Below the pieces are notes generated by a model. The model was not told the origin of the DNA. It did not search any database and saw only the letters and a program-made list of their open reading frames with translations. 64,000 bases of DNA from Spirochaetia bacterium (GTDB lineage: Bacteria > Spirochaetota > Spirochaetia > UBA9216), in the NCBI GenBank assembly GCA_965140585.1, contig OZ223270.1, positions 480,001-544,000 on the forward strand, given 5' to 3'. The translations under genes were made by a program, and so were the position numbers. Below are positions 39,980-50,733 of the stretch, piece by piece (the first letter of the stretch is position 1; every line of letters begins with the position of its first letter).

Positions 39980-40690
39980 ATGAGTTTACACATTGGTGCG
40001 GATAAGGGCGTTATTGCTGATACCGTTTTAATGCCGGGAGATCCGTTGCGCGCAAAATATGCAGCTGAAAAATTTCTGGAAAATCCGGTTTGTCATAATA
40101 ATGTTCGCGGAATGCTCGGATATACCGGAACCTACAAGGGAAAGAAAATTTCTATTCAGGGAAGTGGAATGGGGCAGCCTTCTATCGGTATTTATGCCTA
40201 TGAGCTTATCAATGATTATGATGTTAAGACCATAATGAGAATAGGCTCCTGCGGATCTGTACAGCCTGAGATTGAATTAAGAGAAGTGATCATAGCAATG
40301 ACGGCTTCCACAAATTCAGCAATCAACAAGGGTGTTTTTAAGGGAATGGATTTCTGTCCCTGCGCAGATCCCGAACTTTTTATCAATGCTGTCAATAAAG
40401 GAAAAGAACTGGGATTTAAGACCAGAGCTGGTAATATTCTTTCCTCTGATGTTTTTTATGATGATGATCCCGAAATCTGGAAACTATGGGCCAGATACGG
40501 AATTCTTGGAATTGAAATGGAGGCTTCTGCATTGTATTCACTTGCTGCAAAATTCGGAATAAAGGCACTGGCAATTTGTACTGTCAGCGACAGTATTGTA
40601 AATCAGACCCTATTGAGCAGTGAAGAGCGTGAAAAAACATTCGATGACATGATTATTCTTGCTCTCGAAACTGCACTTGTAACGGAGTAA
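39980..40690 (+). CDS. deoD: Purine nucleoside phosphorylase (DeoD type)
   Basis: MPGDPLRAK, GMGQPS, RIGSCG, IEMEA, TVSD; promoter TTGACA-N17-GACAAT at 39907. Confidence 0.96.
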   Translation: MSLHIGADKGVIADTVLMPGDPLRAKYAAEKFLENPVCHNNVRGMLGYTGTYKGKKISIQGSGMGQPSIGIYAYELINDYDVKTIMRIGSCGSVQPEIELREVIIAMTASTNSAINKGVFKGMDFCPCADPELFINAVNKGKELGFKTRAGNILSSDVFYDDDPEIWKLWARYGILGIEMEASALYSLAAKFGIKALAICTVSDSIVNQTLLSSEEREKTFDDMIILALETALVTE

Positions 40691-40692
40691 TC

Positions 40693-41175
40693 TTGAAACT
40701 TGAAAGTGAACTGGAAAATGCCAGGAAAAAATACAAGGAAACCAAGGCTGTAATTGAAAAACTGAAAAAATTCAAACGAAAGGATCTGGATGAACTTTTT
40801 TTCAGAGTTCATGACCAGGTTTTTGAGGATATCGACTGCAGGGAATGCGGAAACTGCTGTAAAACGCTGGGCCCCAGGGTAACCAACAGAGATATTCAGA
40901 AAATCAGCAAGTATATAAATATGAGGGCAGGGAAGGTTGTAAAGTTTTACCTTGATGTTGATGAAGACAACGATTTCGTTTTCAACCAGATGCCATGTCC
41001 CTTCCTGGAGGACGGGAATTTCTGTAAAATTTATGATGCCCGTCCGCGTGCCTGTGAAGAGTTTCCGCATACGGATCTGCCGAATATGCAGAAGAAACTT
41101 CACATTACACTGAAAAACAGCCTGGTTTGTCCGGCTGTATTCAGGATGATTGAATTAATTAAAGAAGAGATCTGA
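40693..41175 (+). CDS. YkgJ-family Cys-cluster (Zn/Fe-chelating) protein
   Basis: CRECGNCC, PCPFL, C.IY..RP..C..FP, CP. Confidence 0.88.
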   Translation: MKLESELENARKKYKETKAVIEKLKKFKRKDLDELFFRVHDQVFEDIDCRECGNCCKTLGPRVTNRDIQKISKYINMRAGKVVKFYLDVDEDNDFVFNQMPCPFLEDGNFCKIYDARPRACEEFPHTDLPNMQKKLHITLKNSLVCPAVFRMIELIKEEI

Positions 41176-42098
41176 TGGATAAACACAGAACTGCCAGGAT
41201 AAAACAGGCTTCGGTAGCTGGAATCGCCGGAAACGGCTTCCTGGCGGTTCTGAAAATCACATTCGGAACTATTGGCGGCAGTGCGGCCCTTGTCGGTGCA
41301 GGTATAGATACTGCTACCGATATTATCTCTTCTCTGATCTCCCTATTTACAGCAAATATAATTTCAAAACCGCCTGATCGGGAACATCCCTACGGCCACG
41401 GACGGGCGGAAACCATTGCTGCAAAAATACTTTCATTCATTATCATCTTTGCGGGGGCACAGCTGCTTCTCTCTTCAATCACGGCTCTTTTCAGTCATGA
41501 AGAAAAAGCTATACCGCAGAACTTTGTAATCTATATTTCCGTAGTATCGATAGTAGGGAAGTTAATCCTCTTTCTGTACAAGATGAAAATAGGAAAAGAA
41601 ATTAACAGTCAGATGGTGATTGCCGATGCGAAGAATATGAGAGCAGATATTGTGCTTTCGTCCTCTGTTCTTGCAGGTCTTTTTCTGGTGGAAATTACAA
41701 GGCTACCATTAATCGATTCAATCATGGCTATTGCAGTTGCCCTATGGATTCTTAAAAGCGGTTTATCCATATTCATGGAATCAAATGATGAGCTGATGGA
41801 AGGTTCCGGTGATACTGAAATATATAAGCAGGTCTTTGATATTCTAAGGGAGATAGAAGGTATATCGAACCCTCATCGTGTCAGAATAAGAAAAATAAAC
41901 ACGATGATTGTTATCGATCTGGATATAGAAGTTGACGGTACCATCAGTGTAAACCGTGGACATGCTCTGGCGGTAAAAGCTGAAAAGTCAATTATGCAAA
42001 AAATAGAAAATGTGTATGACATCATTGTACATGTTGAACCGGATGGTAATTTTGAGAATCAGGAACGCTACGGTTTGACAGAGCAAAGTCTGGATTAG
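41175..42098 (+). CDS. Cation diffusion facilitator transporter
   Basis: KPPDREHPYGHGRAE, ADAKNMRAD, IVHVEP. Confidence 0.93.
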   Translation: MDKHRTARIKQASVAGIAGNGFLAVLKITFGTIGGSAALVGAGIDTATDIISSLISLFTANIISKPPDREHPYGHGRAETIAAKILSFIIIFAGAQLLLSSITALFSHEEKAIPQNFVIYISVVSIVGKLILFLYKMKIGKEINSQMVIADAKNMRADIVLSSSVLAGLFLVEITRLPLIDSIMAIAVALWILKSGLSIFMESNDELMEGSGDTEIYKQVFDILREIEGISNPHRVRIRKINTMIVIDLDIEVDGTISVNRGHALAVKAEKSIMQKIENVYDIIVHVEPDGNFENQERYGLTEQSLD

Positions 42099-42138
42099 TA
42101 TAATTAATAGACATATAATTTCAGGAGTTAAATAATTT

Positions 42139-43794
42139 ATGGTTGAACCCTTAAAAAAGAATAAGAATATGCAGAAACGCAGGGGTCCTGTGGTTCTAGT
42201 CATCATGGATGGTGTCGGATACGGCAAATATGAAGAAGGCGACGGTTTCAAGGCTGCAATGACCCAGAATCTTGATTCGCTGATGAGTGAATGGCCGACG
42301 GTAAAGATGAAGGCTCACGGAAAGGCTGTGGGGCTTCCTTCAGATGATGATATGGGCAATAGTGAAGTCGGTCATAATGCAATTGGCTGCGGCCGTGTTT
42401 TTGCCCAAGGTGCCCAGCTGGTATCTGATTCAATTGCAACAGGAAATATGTTCACAGGAGATACCTGGAAAAAACTAACCGGAAATTGTAAAACAGCCGG
42501 TTCTACGATGCATTTTATCGGACTTCTTTCGGACGGTAATGTACATTCCCATATCAGCCATCTAAAAAAGATGATTGAAAAGGCAAAGGAAGCCGGTGTT
42601 AAAACTGTAAGGGTTCATGCACTTTTAGATGGAAGAGATGTTGGAGAGACATCCGCTCTAGATTATTTCGATCCCTTTGAAGAGTACTGCAGTGAACTCA
42701 GTACTGACGGATTTTCTGCACGTATTGCCAGCGGCGGCGGTAGAATGGTAATCACCATGGATCGCTACGGTGCAAACTGGGATATGGTCCGGAAAGGATG
42801 GGAAACCCACATTCTCGGCGAGGGCAGAATGTTTGCCAGTCCTCATGAAGCTATCGAAACCCTCAGAGAAGAAACCGGTGCGATAGACCAGGATCTTCCT
42901 CCCTTTGTTATTGCAGAAAATGATAAGCCGGTTGGAACCATTGAAAACGGTGATTCTGTTGTTTTCTTCAACTTCAGAGGCGACCGTGCTCTTGAAATAA
43001 CAAAGGCCTTCGAGGCAGGTGATGATTTCTCTGAATTTGACAGAAAAAGAAAACCGAAGGTTGAATATGCAGGTATGATGGAATATGACGGAGATCTTCA
43101 TATTCCCGCACAGTACCTTGTTTCTCCTCCAGCTATAGATAGAACTATGGGTGAATACCTTGTTGCAAGCGGAGTTAAAAGTTTCGCTATCAGTGAAACC
43201 CAGAAATACGGACATGTAACTTACTTTTTCAACGGTAACAAGCTTGGTAAGTTCAGTGAAAGTCTTGAAACATATGAAGAAATTCATTCAGATGTTGTTC
43301 CCTTTGAACAGAGACCCTGGATGAAGTGCGCCGAGATAACCGATCGTGTTCTGGATGTAATTGCAGGAGGAGAATATGATTTTATCCGAATGAACTTTCC
43401 AAACGGCGACATGGTAGGACATACCGGAGTTTTTGAAGCGGTAGTCTGTTCAATGGAGGCTCTGGATCTCTGCATCGGTCGTATAAAGAAGGCTGTTGAA
43501 AAAGCCGGCGGGGTAATGATTGTTACGGCAGACCATGGAAATTCCGATGATATGTATGAACATGATAAAAAAACAGGTGATGTAAAACGGAATGCCAGCG
43601 GCTCTCCAAAGGCAAAAACCGCTCATTCATTAAATCCGGTTCCCTGTATTATCTTTGATCCGGAAGCAAAGGGTGAATACAGTAAAGAGCTTAAGGAAGG
43701 CCTTGGAATCAGTTCGCTTGCTGCCACTAGTATGGAATTCCTGGGGTTTGAGGCTCCGGAAGATTATGATAGTTCAGTTTTAGATTATAAATAA
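42139..43794 (+). CDS. gpmI: 2,3-bisphosphoglycerate-independent phosphoglycerate mutase
   Basis: MDGVG, MGNSEVGH, SDGNVHSH, NFRGDR, DMVGH, TADHGN. Confidence 0.97.
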   Translation: MVEPLKKNKNMQKRRGPVVLVIMDGVGYGKYEEGDGFKAAMTQNLDSLMSEWPTVKMKAHGKAVGLPSDDDMGNSEVGHNAIGCGRVFAQGAQLVSDSIATGNMFTGDTWKKLTGNCKTAGSTMHFIGLLSDGNVHSHISHLKKMIEKAKEAGVKTVRVHALLDGRDVGETSALDYFDPFEEYCSELSTDGFSARIASGGGRMVITMDRYGANWDMVRKGWETHILGEGRMFASPHEAIETLREETGAIDQDLPPFVIAENDKPVGTIENGDSVVFFNFRGDRALEITKAFEAGDDFSEFDRKRKPKVEYAGMMEYDGDLHIPAQYLVSPPAIDRTMGEYLVASGVKSFAISETQKYGHVTYFFNGNKLGKFSESLETYEEIHSDVVPFEQRPWMKCAEITDRVLDVIAGGEYDFIRMNFPNGDMVGHTGVFEAVVCSMEALDLCIGRIKKAVEKAGGVMIVTADHGNSDDMYEHDKKTGDVKRNASGSPKAKTAHSLNPVPCIIFDPEAKGEYSKELKEGLGISSLAATSMEFLGFEAPEDYDSSVLDYK

Positions 43795-43808
43795 AAAGTG
43801 AGGAATTA

Positions 43809-45260
43809 ATGAGCATAACAGAAGGTCTGAAACCGGAAGCATTCTGGAAACATTTCTATAATATTACCAGGATTCCCCGGGAATCGGGAAATGAGGCAGC
43901 AGTAAGAGAATATGTAAAGGCTTTTGCCGAGGAAAAAGGACTGGAATATTATATTGATTCGATCAAAAATATTATAGTTCGCCGGCCCGCCTCGCCGGGC
44001 TGTGAAAATAAAAAAGCTGTTGTCCTTCAGGGCCATCTTGATATGGTCTGTGAAAAGAACAGGGATAAGGTACATAATTTTGATAAGGACCCGATACCTG
44101 TAGTTATAGAAGGAGACTGGCTTAAGGCTGATGGTACAACGCTTGGGGCTGACAATGGAGTTGCAATCGCCGCCGGTCTGGCTGTTCTTGAATATGAAGG
44201 GCCTCTGGGCATGATTGAGGTTCTGCTTACCGTAGATGAAGAAACAGGCCTTACAGGCGCCCTTAATCTCGATCCTTCGATTGTAAAATCAAGAATAATG
44301 ATTAATCTCGACTCAGAAGAGGATGGTTATATTTATATCGGTTGTGCCGGTGGTAAAAATACTGAAGGATGGATTCCTGTCAGTTTTGAAGAAGTCGATG
44401 CTGATGATTATACCGCTTTCCATATCGAGTTAAAAGGCTTAAAGGGCGGTCATTCAGGCTGTGAAATTCATATGGGCCTTGCAAATTCTCTTCAGCTTGG
44501 CGGGCGTTTTCTCTGGAATGCCGGAGAACGCTTTGAAACAAGACTTACTGCTGTTGAGGGCGGTGGAAAACATAACGCGATACCGCGTGAGTTTTTTGCG
44601 GACATCCTTGTTAAAAATTCTGATGTGGATGCTTTTATTGAATATTCTGAGCACTACAGACAAATAATTACTGCAGAATTTAAATACATAGAGAAGGATC
44701 TTCAGTTCTCTGTTGAAAAGATTTCTTCTAATCTAAAAACCGTTTATAAAAAATCTGATGAGAAAAAGATCTTGAATATGGTATATACAATGCCGAACGG
44801 TGTTATTTCAATGAGTCCTGTTATTAATGGTCTGGTTGAAACATCAACAAACCTTGCCAGGATTGAGCTTAAAGAAAATGAATTCTATGTTCTTACCTGT
44901 CAGCGTTCATCAAGTGACACCGAATGCGATGATATTGCCGATCGTATAAAGGCTTGTATTCTGCAGGCCGGAGGAAGAGCTGCTTTCAGTCATGAGTATC
45001 CCGGATGGGAACCCGACCGTAACTCTGTAATACTCAAAACATCCGAGAAGGTTTTTAAGGACCTTTATAGTAAGGAGCCCGTTATTACTGCCATTCATGC
45101 GGGACTTGAGTGCGGTGTTATCGGTAAAAAGTTTGAGAAATTGGATATGATCTCTATCGGTCCGGAACTTGCAGATGTGCATACGCCCGGAGAGAAGATG
45201 AAAATATCCACAGTATCAAAACTATGGGATTTTCTAATCAGAATACTCGAAAACGTCTAG
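43809..45260 (+). CDS. pepD: Aminoacyl-histidine dipeptidase (M20)
   Basis: LQGHLDMV, TLGADNG, DEETG, NLDSEE, GGHSG, IHAGLECG. Confidence 0.94.
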   Translation: MSITEGLKPEAFWKHFYNITRIPRESGNEAAVREYVKAFAEEKGLEYYIDSIKNIIVRRPASPGCENKKAVVLQGHLDMVCEKNRDKVHNFDKDPIPVVIEGDWLKADGTTLGADNGVAIAAGLAVLEYEGPLGMIEVLLTVDEETGLTGALNLDPSIVKSRIMINLDSEEDGYIYIGCAGGKNTEGWIPVSFEEVDADDYTAFHIELKGLKGGHSGCEIHMGLANSLQLGGRFLWNAGERFETRLTAVEGGGKHNAIPREFFADILVKNSDVDAFIEYSEHYRQIITAEFKYIEKDLQFSVEKISSNLKTVYKKSDEKKILNMVYTMPNGVISMSPVINGLVETSTNLARIELKENEFYVLTCQRSSSDTECDDIADRIKACILQAGGRAAFSHEYPGWEPDRNSVILKTSEKVFKDLYSKEPVITAIHAGLECGVIGKKFEKLDMISIGPELADVHTPGEKMKISTVSKLWDFLIRILENV

Positions 45261-45275
45261 AAAGGGAGTTTTAAA

Positions 45276-45608
45276 GTGGCGATGAAGAAATCCGGAGTTT
45301 TAAAAGTTATCTACGACACATCATTTCCGGTTAATAAACTGGTAATACATCCAAACACAGGCTTTGAACTTAATTTTATGCAGATAAAATACAACGCAAA
45401 AGCTTTCATCAATACAAATGTAGAATCATTTGTAAGCGGTGATGCGGAAGCATTTTGTGATGTAGAGATCTTTCTTCTGAATGAATGCAAGCAGGAAACA
45501 ATTGAAATTGGTCTTAAAATGTGGCAGCAGTTGGATGAACCCGATAAAATCCTTCTTGTTTATGATGAAGAACAGAACCGTATTATGCTTGCGGGCGGAA
45601 AAAACTAA
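45276..45608 (+). CDS. Hypothetical protein
   Basis: 110-aa ORF with GGGAG RBS after pepD, followed by a terminator; no family recognised. Confidence 0.65.
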   Translation: MAMKKSGVLKVIYDTSFPVNKLVIHPNTGFELNFMQIKYNAKAFINTNVESFVSGDAEAFCDVEIFLLNECKQETIEIGLKMWQQLDEPDKILLVYDEEQNRIMLAGGKN

Positions 45609-45660
45609 AAAAAAGCCGCTTTGGTATTCCTTTTACGGAGAATCAAAGCGGCTCACTTTT
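45609..45660. terminator. Bidirectional terminator
   Basis: AGCCGCTTTG...CAAAGCGGCT flanked by A and T runs between convergent genes. Confidence 0.7.
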
Positions 45661-45686
45661 AAAACCATAAGTCTTAAAGATTGATA

Positions 45687-46901
45687 TTACATAGCTTTTA
45701 TTTCAGCAGCCATCCGGCGTACGCTTGCAATTGCATTTTCAATATCTTCATCAGATGGAGCTCCCTGCCATTCAGAAGGCTCCATACATTCCCAGTTAAG
45801 GCTTTCAGTAAGCTCTTTAAACTGTTTTTGTGCACCGCCGGACCATCCGTATGAGCCGAATCGGAAAACCTTTCTTTTTTTGACATGACTTCTGTCAAGA
45901 ATATCAATTACATGAGCCATCGGTGGAAACATTCTGTATTCATAAGTGGGCATTCCGAAGATCAACCCTGCCGATTTCCATGCGTCGGCAAGAACCCATG
46001 AGGAATGTTCCTGTGGAACTCTGTGAACATGAATAGGTAAGCCTTCGGAAATAACTGCGTCAATTATAGGCTGAACAAGTCTTTCTGTATTGCCATACAT
46101 ACTTGACCATATCAGGGTTATTTCTTTTTCAGCATTTCCGTCATGGTAGGAGGCAAGTTTTCTGTAATACTCGATTATTTCGGATGGATTTTTACGGTAT
46201 ATAATTCCATGCGATGGAGCAATCACCTTGACGGGAAGTTTTTCAACTTTATCAATTGCCTTAAGAACAAAGCTTGAAAAAGTTGAAACTATATTGGAAT
46301 AGTATCTGAGAGTTTCGCCCTCAAAGAATATTTTTTCTTCAGGAGTTAGCTGATCGTCAAACATGTGTTCTCCGACCTGTCCGAACATTCCGAATGCATC
46401 ACATGAAAAAAGAACTCCGGTTGAGCTGTCGAATGTGACCATTGTTTCAGGCCAGTGTACATTCGGTGCATCTTCAAAAGCCAGAACCTTTCCGCCGCCC
46501 AGATCCAGACTGTCTCCACTGCCTACAATATTAACTTTGTCATCGAATTTGTAGAAGGCCTTAATGAGTGGCGCTGCTTTTTTTGAGCAGTAGATTTCAA
46601 GATTCGGGTTATTCTTTTTCATCTCGGCAAGGCTGCCAGTATGATCAGGTTCCATATGATTGATTATTAGATAATCCAGATCTTTGAGGGAGGTTCCGGC
46701 ATCTGCCAGCTGTTCACTGATCTGTCCGACCGCTCCGTCCCAGTCCTTGACCAGATCGATCAGGGCTGTTTTCTCACCTTTAACAAGATAGGAGTTCAGG
46801 GAGACTCCGTGCGGGATCGGCCAAATTCCTTCAAAAAGGTCCTTATTGCCGATGTTGGCACTGATTCTATAAACTCCTTCTGCTATTGTCACCGCTTTCA
46901 T
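45687..46901 (-). CDS. fprA: Flavodiiron protein (FprA family O2/NO reductase)
   Basis: NHMEPDH, HWPET, FSCDAFG, APSHG, SMYGNT, FGSYGWSG. Confidence 0.94.
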   Translation of the reverse strand: MKAVTIAEGVYRISANIGNKDLFEGIWPIPHGVSLNSYLVKGEKTALIDLVKDWDGAVGQISEQLADAGTSLKDLDYLIINHMEPDHTGSLAEMKKNNPNLEIYCSKKAAPLIKAFYKFDDKVNIVGSGDSLDLGGGKVLAFEDAPNVHWPETMVTFDSSTGVLFSCDAFGMFGQVGEHMFDDQLTPEEKIFFEGETLRYYSNIVSTFSSFVLKAIDKVEKLPVKVIAPSHGIIYRKNPSEIIEYYRKLASYHDGNAEKEITLIWSSMYGNTERLVQPIIDAVISEGLPIHVHRVPQEHSSWVLADAWKSAGLIFGMPTYEYRMFPPMAHVIDILDRSHVKKRKVFRFGSYGWSGGAQKQFKELTESLNWECMEPSEWQGAPSDEDIENAIASVRRMAAEIKAM

Positions 46902-46981
46902 GAAAAACTCCGTATTTAACGCTATTTTATTAAAATAATAATACTTAAATTAACGAAATACAAGAAGCGGCGGACAATTGT

Positions 46982-47731
46982 TCAATTCAGAGTTTTAATA
47001 TATTCCACACCATTTCGTATTATATCCAGACCGAAGGCCCTTTCTATTTTTTCCCTTTTCCACATCGGATGGTTTTCAGGACTGATAAAGGCTTCCGGGT
47101 GCGGCATCAGACCAAGTATTCTTCCGGTAGGGTCACTGATACCAGCAATACTTTCAACAGACCCGTTCGGGTTATTTCTGTAGCGAAGAACATCAAGTCC
47201 CTGTTTCTTAATTTTACCAAGCAGTTCTTCTGATGCCGGAATAAAACGGCCTTCTCCATGACGGATAGGCAGATCAATTGCAGTAATATCCTTAAGCCAT
47301 ACGCATTTATTATCATCAAGACTTTCCAGAGTCACCCAGTCATCAATAAAGGTTCCGCACTCATTATGAACAAGGGTTACCTCAGGAGTCCAGCTTCCTG
47401 AGAGATTGGGCAGTACTCCCATCTTTACAAGAACCTGAAAGCCGTTGCAGATACCGATAATCAGGTTCCCGTCAGCTATGAATTTCTCCAGTTTTTCTTT
47501 CAGGTTCTTCCTGAACATGTGGGCGAATACAAGTCCTGAACCCAGATGGTCTCCGAAGGAGAATCCTCCCGGGAAGCCGAGTATTCGGTAATCATCAAGA
47601 ATTGAGGGATCGGATATTAGATCGTTTATATGAACCAGGTCTGCTGAGGCTCCGGCCAGCCTGAAAGCTTCAGCCAGATCCCTGTCAGAGTTTATTCCAA
47701 ATCCTGTTATGATACATGTCTTTACAGTCAT
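46982..47731 (-). CDS. purQ: FGAM synthase glutaminase subunit
   Basis: PGGFSFGD, GICNGFQ, MPHPE. Confidence 0.96.
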   Translation of the reverse strand: MTVKTCIITGFGINSDRDLAEAFRLAGASADLVHINDLISDPSILDDYRILGFPGGFSFGDHLGSGLVFAHMFRKNLKEKLEKFIADGNLIIGICNGFQVLVKMGVLPNLSGSWTPEVTLVHNECGTFIDDWVTLESLDDNKCVWLKDITAIDLPIRHGEGRFIPASEELLGKIKKQGLDVLRYRNNPNGSVESIAGISDPTGRILGLMPHPEAFISPENHPMWKREKIERAFGLDIIRNGVEYIKTLN

Positions 47732-47748
47732 AGTTTCTCCATTGTGTG

Positions 47749-50733
47749 TCAGCTGAAGCTTTTCCAGGACTTTTCGATATCGGAAAGTCCGGCCCGTAGA
47801 CAGCAGCGGTCATTCATGCTGATTACAAGTTCAGATCCGTCATTAACACTGCCGATTTCAGCGAAGGCTGTTCCGCTCATTTCTTTTTCAAAAGCGGGCA
47901 CATACGCCTCAGCGACTGTTACAACAAACCTTGAAGGTGTTTCACTGAACATCAGAACCGATGAGGAATATTCAGCCGTATCAGCCGGAATACTGTCGAG
48001 GCTGATTTCAGCACCGAGTCTTCCGCCGAGAGCGCATTCCGCAACGGCGCATGCAAGTCCTCCGTCTGAAAGGTCATGGCATGATGTGACAAGTGATTTC
48101 TGCATTGCAGAGTGGAGCTTTCTGTAAAGCGCCATTGCTTCATCAGTTTTTACAGCAGGGCAGGCACCAAGTTCGGAGCCTTCAAGCTTTTCAAAAAAGC
48201 TGCCGCCGAGTTCTCCGCGTGTTTCTCCGAGGATATAGATTTTATCTCCGGCTTTCTTGAAGTCGGATGTCATTGCTTTCTTTGAATCTTCAATAATTCC
48301 CATCTGGGAGATAAGCAGGGTCGGCCGTACCGGAATCTTCTTACCGCCCAGTTTGGATTCGTTTTTCATAGAATCTTTTCCGGAAATCAGGGGCATTCCG
48401 TAAGCGGTACATGCGTCTCTGAGCCCCTTGCAGGCACGGACAAGTTGTGCCATCCGGTACTTACCGTCAGGGTTTTCCGAACTTTCAACAGGATCCGGCC
48501 AGCAGAAGTTGTCGAGTGCGGATGTCTTTTCCGGATTTCCTCCAAGTGCTATATGAGCACGATAGGCCTCATCAACACCGCACATGGCCATGTTATAGGC
48601 GTCGGCGTCCCCGTATCTCGGGCAGACTCCGTGGGTAACGGTCACGCCGCGATCGGTTCCCGGTACCGGTTTGAGTACGGCTCCGTCAGAAGGAGCATCC
48701 GCCTCTTTCCCGATAAAGGGCTTGATCACCGACTGAGCAAGAACTTCATGATCGTACTGTCTAATCAATCCTTCCTTGGAGGCAATATTCGGTTCTGCCA
48801 GCAGTTTAAGCAGCATCTCCGAGTTTCCGCTGCAGTCATAGTTGCCAGCAGGTGCTTTTTTAACAAGTTCTCTTTCCGGAGTCCATTCTGCATTCAGAAC
48901 CATTACGGGAAGGCCTTTGTGGAGGAATTCCATTTCAAGCATTCCAACAGATTTTCCACCGTATTTCAGATCTATATAACCACTGTCGGTAAATGTACCA
49001 ATTGCAGTGGCTTCAACTCCGCGGGATTCTGCAAGTCTGATAAACTCTTCAAGAGTATCCTCTGAAATTGCAAGACTCATTCTTTCCTGGCTTTCCGACA
49101 CCAGTATTTCCCATGGTGCAAGGCCTTCATATTTAAGCGGGCAGTCATCGAGGTTGATGATGATACCGTTGCTGTATTCTGCCATTTCTCCAAGTGAGGA
49201 GGATAGACCGCCGGCTCCATTATCGGTAAGCCCATTGTACAGACCCTTGTCTCTCGCCTCAATAAGGAAGTCGCTCATTTTTTTCTGGGTAATCGGGTCG
49301 CCAATCTGAACTGCAGAGGTCGGAGATTCCTCATCAAGAGCAAGCGATGAAAATGTCGCGCCATGTATACCGTCTTTACCGATTCTTCCGCCCAGCATTA
49401 CTGCTGTATCACCCGGATTAATATGCTTAATCCATGAGCCCTCACCATCAATTTCTGCGGGAAGGATTCCGCCGGTACCGCAGAAAACAAGAGGTTTTCC
49501 GGTGTAGCTGTCGTCGAAGAGGAATCCGCCGCCTACTACAGGAATACCTGACTGGTTTCCACCGTCAACTATTCCGCGGTGTACACCTTCCATGATCTGC
49601 CTCGGGTGAAGCAGTCCCTTAGGTATATCGCTTTCAGGAGTGTTTACTTCTCCGAAGCATAGGTAGTTGGTGTTGAATATCGGCCTGGCACCCTTGCCTG
49701 TTCCAAGAAGATCACGGTTGACACCAACAATTCCGGTTATTGCCCCGCCATAGGGGTCAAGGGCTGATGGTGAGTTATGTGTTTCAACCTTGAAACAAAT
49801 CAGGTTGTCATCATCGAAGACTATAACGCCGGAGTTGTCATGAAAAACGGATCGAAGGTAGTCTTTGACTTCTGAAACCTCATCGGTTGTTTTTTTAACG
49901 TATTCTTTGAATAGAGAGCTGATTTTCTCGCTTTTTCCTGTTGTTTTATCAAAGTATTCAACATCAGCATTAAGAATTTTATGTTTACAGTGTTCAGACC
50001 AGGTCTGTGCAATCATCTCAATTTCTACATCGGTCGGTCCTGCCGGAAGACCTTCTCTTTCTCTGATTGCACGGATGTCTGCCCGGTTGTAATAACCTTT
50101 AACGGCGTTCATCTCATCTGCAGTAAGAGCAAGCAGTCTTTCCTTTGAAAAAGCAATAAGCTGTTCATCTGTCATTTCTGATAAATCAAAATCCAGTATT
50201 TCAACAGGACTTGGGGTAATCGAGGCAGGATAAACCGAAGGAAAACGCATTCCGCTTTTCCACTCTTCTGATGAGATCATTACAGCCTGTTCAATAAGCG
50301 GGTTATAAAGATGCTTTTTGAGGTTTTCAAGCTGATCTCCGGACAATTTTCCGCTTTTTATAATCAGCTGTCTGGCTGTCTGTATCACTGCTTCAAGTGA
50401 AATCTTTTCTCCCAGTTCTGCAGAAAGGGCGCTTCTTGCTGTTATTGCGGTGGGATTTGTGACTCCAGTTTTATAGGAAATCTCTATGATATAATCCCAT
50501 TCATCAGCATTAAGCGTCCCGGCATAGGGGCTTCCTGTATAAACTGTCTGTGCAACCGGATCGGAAAAGACGGAAGCAGCCGCCTCTTCAGTCAGTGAAT
50601 CCAGTTCGGCAATATAGATATCCGCGATTGTTATTTTGTCGATTGATGCGGAAACAGATTTTCTGAGACTCCCGGCAAGCCTTAATGCTCGGCCGTCCAG
50701 TCCCGGGTCTTTAAACACTACTTCTGTTCTCAT
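47749..50733 (-). CDS. purL: FGAM synthase synthetase subunit with N-terminal PurS-like extension
   Basis: QTWSEHCKH, VETHNSPS, GKDGIHGA, DNGAGG, SESQERM, SGKDSM, HDLSDGG; about 200 extra N-terminal aa containing NPLIEQ. Confidence 0.95.
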   Translation of the reverse strand: MRTEVVFKDPGLDGRALRLAGSLRKSVSASIDKITIADIYIAELDSLTEEAAASVFSDPVAQTVYTGSPYAGTLNADEWDYIIEISYKTGVTNPTAITARSALSAELGEKISLEAVIQTARQLIIKSGKLSGDQLENLKKHLYNPLIEQAVMISSEEWKSGMRFPSVYPASITPSPVEILDFDLSEMTDEQLIAFSKERLLALTADEMNAVKGYYNRADIRAIREREGLPAGPTDVEIEMIAQTWSEHCKHKILNADVEYFDKTTGKSEKISSLFKEYVKKTTDEVSEVKDYLRSVFHDNSGVIVFDDDNLICFKVETHNSPSALDPYGGAITGIVGVNRDLLGTGKGARPIFNTNYLCFGEVNTPESDIPKGLLHPRQIMEGVHRGIVDGGNQSGIPVVGGGFLFDDSYTGKPLVFCGTGGILPAEIDGEGSWIKHINPGDTAVMLGGRIGKDGIHGATFSSLALDEESPTSAVQIGDPITQKKMSDFLIEARDKGLYNGLTDNGAGGLSSSLGEMAEYSNGIIINLDDCPLKYEGLAPWEILVSESQERMSLAISEDTLEEFIRLAESRGVEATAIGTFTDSGYIDLKYGGKSVGMLEMEFLHKGLPVMVLNAEWTPERELVKKAPAGNYDCSGNSEMLLKLLAEPNIASKEGLIRQYDHEVLAQSVIKPFIGKEADAPSDGAVLKPVPGTDRGVTVTHGVCPRYGDADAYNMAMCGVDEAYRAHIALGGNPEKTSALDNFCWPDPVESSENPDGKYRMAQLVRACKGLRDACTAYGMPLISGKDSMKNESKLGGKKIPVRPTLLISQMGIIEDSKKAMTSDFKKAGDKIYILGETRGELGGSFFEKLEGSELGACPAVKTDEAMALYRKLHSAMQKSLVTSCHDLSDGGLACAVAECALGGRLGAEISLDSIPADTAEYSSSVLMFSETPSRFVVTVAEAYVPAFEKEMSGTAFAEIGSVNDGSELVISMNDRCCLRAGLSDIEKSWKSFS

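Noticed and set aside
42658-43287. Long antisense ORF (209 aa); similar ones at 48445-49065 and 7212-7655
   Set aside because: They lie opposite well-conserved genes, have no recognisable motifs, and are expected from codon bias.
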